From assembly GCA_950097015.1 (NCBI GenBank), contig CATNEN010000014.1, forward strand, positions 930,001 through 994,000: a stretch of 64,000 bases of DNA. The letters run 5' to 3'. Shown piece by piece: positions 60,865-64,000 of this stretch; position 1 is the stretch's first letter, and every line of letters starts with the position of its first letter. Below the pieces are notes generated by a model. That model was not told the origin of the DNA, ran no database searches, and was given only the letters and a program-made list of their open reading frames with translations. The translations under genes and the position numbers were made by a program. The DNA is from Macrostomum hystrix (Eukaryota; Animalia; Platyhelminthes).

Positions 60865-61980
60865 GTGCAGCTATTGCATGTCAGCTGTTGCATGTCAGAT
60901 ATTGCATGTCAGATATTGCATGTCAGATATTGCATGTCAGCTATTGCATGGCAGATATTGCATGGCAGCTACTGCATGGCAGATATTGCATGGCAGCTAT
61001 TGCATGTCAGCTACTGCATGGCAGATATTGCATGTCAGATATTGCATGGCAGATATTGCATGTCAGCTACTGCATGGCAGATATTGCATGGCAGCTATTG
61101 CATGTCAGCTACTGCATGGCAGATATTGCATGTCAGATATTGCATGTCAGCTATTGCATGGCAGATATTGCATGGCAGCTACTGCATGGCAGATATTGCA
61201 TGGCAGCTATTGCATGTCAGCTACTGCATGGCAGATATTGCATGTCAGCTATTGCATGTCAGCTATTGCATGGCAGATATTGCATGGCAGATATTGCATG
61301 TCAGCTATTGCATGGCAGATATTGCATGGCAGATATTGCATGGCAGCTATTGCATGTCAGCTACTGCATGGCAGATATTGCATGTCAGCTATTGCATGTC
61401 AGCTATTGCATGGCAGATATTGCATGGCAGATATTGCATGTCAGCTACTGCATGGCAGATATTGCATGGCAGCTATTGCATGTCAGCTACTGCATGGCAG
61501 ATATTGCATGTCAGATATTGCATGGCAGATATTGCATGTCAGCTATTGCATGGCAGATATTGCATGTCAGATATTGCATGTCAGCTATTGCATGGCAGAT
61601 ATTGCATGTCAGATATTGCATGGCAGATATTGCATGTCAGATATTGCATGTCAGATATTGCATGTCAGCTACTGCATGGCAGATATTGCATGTCAGATAT
61701 TGCATGTCAGATATTGCATGTCAGCTACTGCATGGCAGATATTGCATGGCAGATATTGCATGGCAGCTATTGCATGTCAGCTACTGCATGGCAGATATTG
61801 CATAGCAGATATTGCATGGCAGATATTGCATGGCAGCTATTGCATGTCAGCTACTGCATGGCAGATATTGCATGTCAGATATTGCATGTCAGATATTGCA
61901 TGTCAGCTACTGCATGGCAGATATTGCATGGCAGATATTGCATGGCAGATATTGCATGGCAGCTATTGCATGGCAGATGT
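60865..61980. repeat. 14-bp array, about 80 copies (A[T/C]TGCATG[T/G]CAG[A/C]T)
   Basis: Directly visible, with variation at a few fixed positions. Confidence 0.95.
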
Positions 61981-64000
61981 TAATTTGCACATCTAAGCGC
62001 TGCATATTGCTGCTCAATCCATAGACTAGGAGGTTGCCACATCTATGCAAATTTATACCCAGCTCTTGCCAGTACCAGTTAGGTTAACAGTGAACTTACT
62101 AGAGCACAATGGAATTGACTGCTTTGCTCAATAAGACAAATTGTCACATTTTGAAGCTGAGTCTCAAACTCTTGAACCAAAGCAGATCCAAAGCAGACTT
62201 GATAAGCTTATTTTTCTGCTTATATGTTGGGTGGTTCTCACAGAGTTGCCACTTTTAGTGTCCAAAGTGTTTTTTTGCCAATTTTGATTGTTTTTTCATC
62301 TATTACTGCAGTATATTATATAAGCTACAGTAAAAAGTGGTTTAAAGCAGTTTTTAACACTTCATTGACAAATTCATCATTCTTCATTAAAATTCTTCAT
62401 TCATCACTCATCGGATCTATGCTTTTGAGGGCTGTAGATCCGATGAGTAAAACTGCTATTAAATGCAAATATTAAGGAATCCATTGGGGCTAGAATAAAG
62501 TGCCATATGTCATTAGAGACATCTATGTACCCTTCATAATATGATATAGCATTTGCGGTTTTACAGAATACACATCCTGAGAATTTTACATTTCCCCGAC
62601 GTAGATCCGATGAGTCAAACTGCTTACTCAAAAAAATCTGTTTTTTACATTTTTGTTTTTCGGTAGTTGAATAGAGATAGTATGCAGTGTGCCTATAGTT
62701 TTATGAAAGCACATAAATATATATTTTGTTTGCAAGAGGATTTAGCACTGAATATGCTACCACTAATTTTTTACTGACAAATTTAGGTCAAGAGGTCTGG
62801 CGTAGATCCGATGAGTTAAGTTTTGTGAGACACTTATAAAAGCCACAAAGTAAGTAGATATAGCTGAATTATAATAGAAATTATGTTTCCTAATGCTTAT
62901 TTTAGTTATATATTGCCATATAAAAGAACAACAACGTCTTGAACACAAACGCTTTTGACAAGGGAAAGTCTTAATCTTTGACTAAAATGTGTGAGACACG
63001 GTGCTTTTACAGACTTTCATGATTTCTAGTGATTTAAAAATATGCAAACAAATGGAATTTATAACATAGCTTTAGTGCCCCACATAGGGAAACATCGATA
63101 GAACACAAATGGTTCAACAGGACAGCTTCAAATTACATTATAAAATATATTTTTTGAAAAGACACATTTTTTCAGTACTGTGGCAATCCCGTGAGAATCA
63201 CCCTGTTCTTTTTTAAATAGATAAGCATTATCTAGGGAATACAATAAACTTGTATTTGGCTTGGTTAACATAGTAACCTAAAATTAAATATATGTGGACT
63301 TTGTCCTAAAGACTTGACAAAGACTAAGACAAAAGTCTAAGCATAGACAAAACAAAGCATTTTTCATACACTAGCTAGTAGATAAGAATTTTTTAAATCA
63401 GATTTGCATCTTTAAGAATTAAGATTGGAGTTATAAATTTGATTGAATAAATTGACATTGAATCTTGGAAATTGAAATAAGCTATTTAAATAAAACATTA
63501 CCACACAAAATATCAAATCAAATAATTCCCTAACATTTCAATATGCTTGTACTTTGAAATTTTAGTCAATAAAAATTTATCTAAAAAAGAAAGAAACAAA
63601 AATTTAGTTATTTAGGTGCTAATAAATACATGTACTAGAATTCATTAATTATTTAAGTCTGAATTGCAAAATTGTTTTATTCATGCTAGATATAATTTTT
63701 TTCATCTTGATATCCCAGACAAACCCCAGACCTTGATTTAGGTTTACCCAGGCAGCTGTCCCTTGGTTTTGCATCCCTAATCACATATGTATATGTACAT
63801 CTGCCTGTTGTGATTGACAATGCTTGCGTATATGCTTGAAAACTGACAATGAACGAGTCGAGTCATTCTCGAACGACAGAAAACTGTTTTGTCTTTCAAA
63901 ATAGTATCTGCTTAATTACAATTTTGTCAAATAGAAAAAAGTTATTCATGTTTTTCATCTAAAACCAAACGATGATTTTCATGTATCTTCAAACCAAACA

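Overview
Eukaryotic, intron-containing genomic DNA: GC-rich exons with canonical splice sites, and about 20 different minisatellite arrays filling introns and intergenic gaps. This style suggests a free-living flatworm such as Macrostomum (inference, not verified). Recognisable host genes are an ANF/GABA-B-type receptor ligand-binding gene (5' part, with an in-frame TAG), DYRK2-like kinase, CUEDC1, and a same-strand trio TRMT12(TYW2) > PPM1K > DUF1295 reductase-like that looks like a trans-spliced operon. Mobile DNA includes an RTE-type LINE fragment, a decayed THAP/P-element transposase, an intron-containing Sola-like DDD transposase with a PHD finger, a MITE, and a two-copy hairpin-bounded repeat. 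The main unexplained feature is an intronless ORF of about 2,090 aa (9703-15978). It carries a helical module I do not recognise, repeated 3+1 times, alternating with a duplicated beta-rich region. Two degenerate pieces of the same gene lie elsewhere in the window, each fused to unrelated sequence. All alignments and identities were judged by eye; no database search was run.
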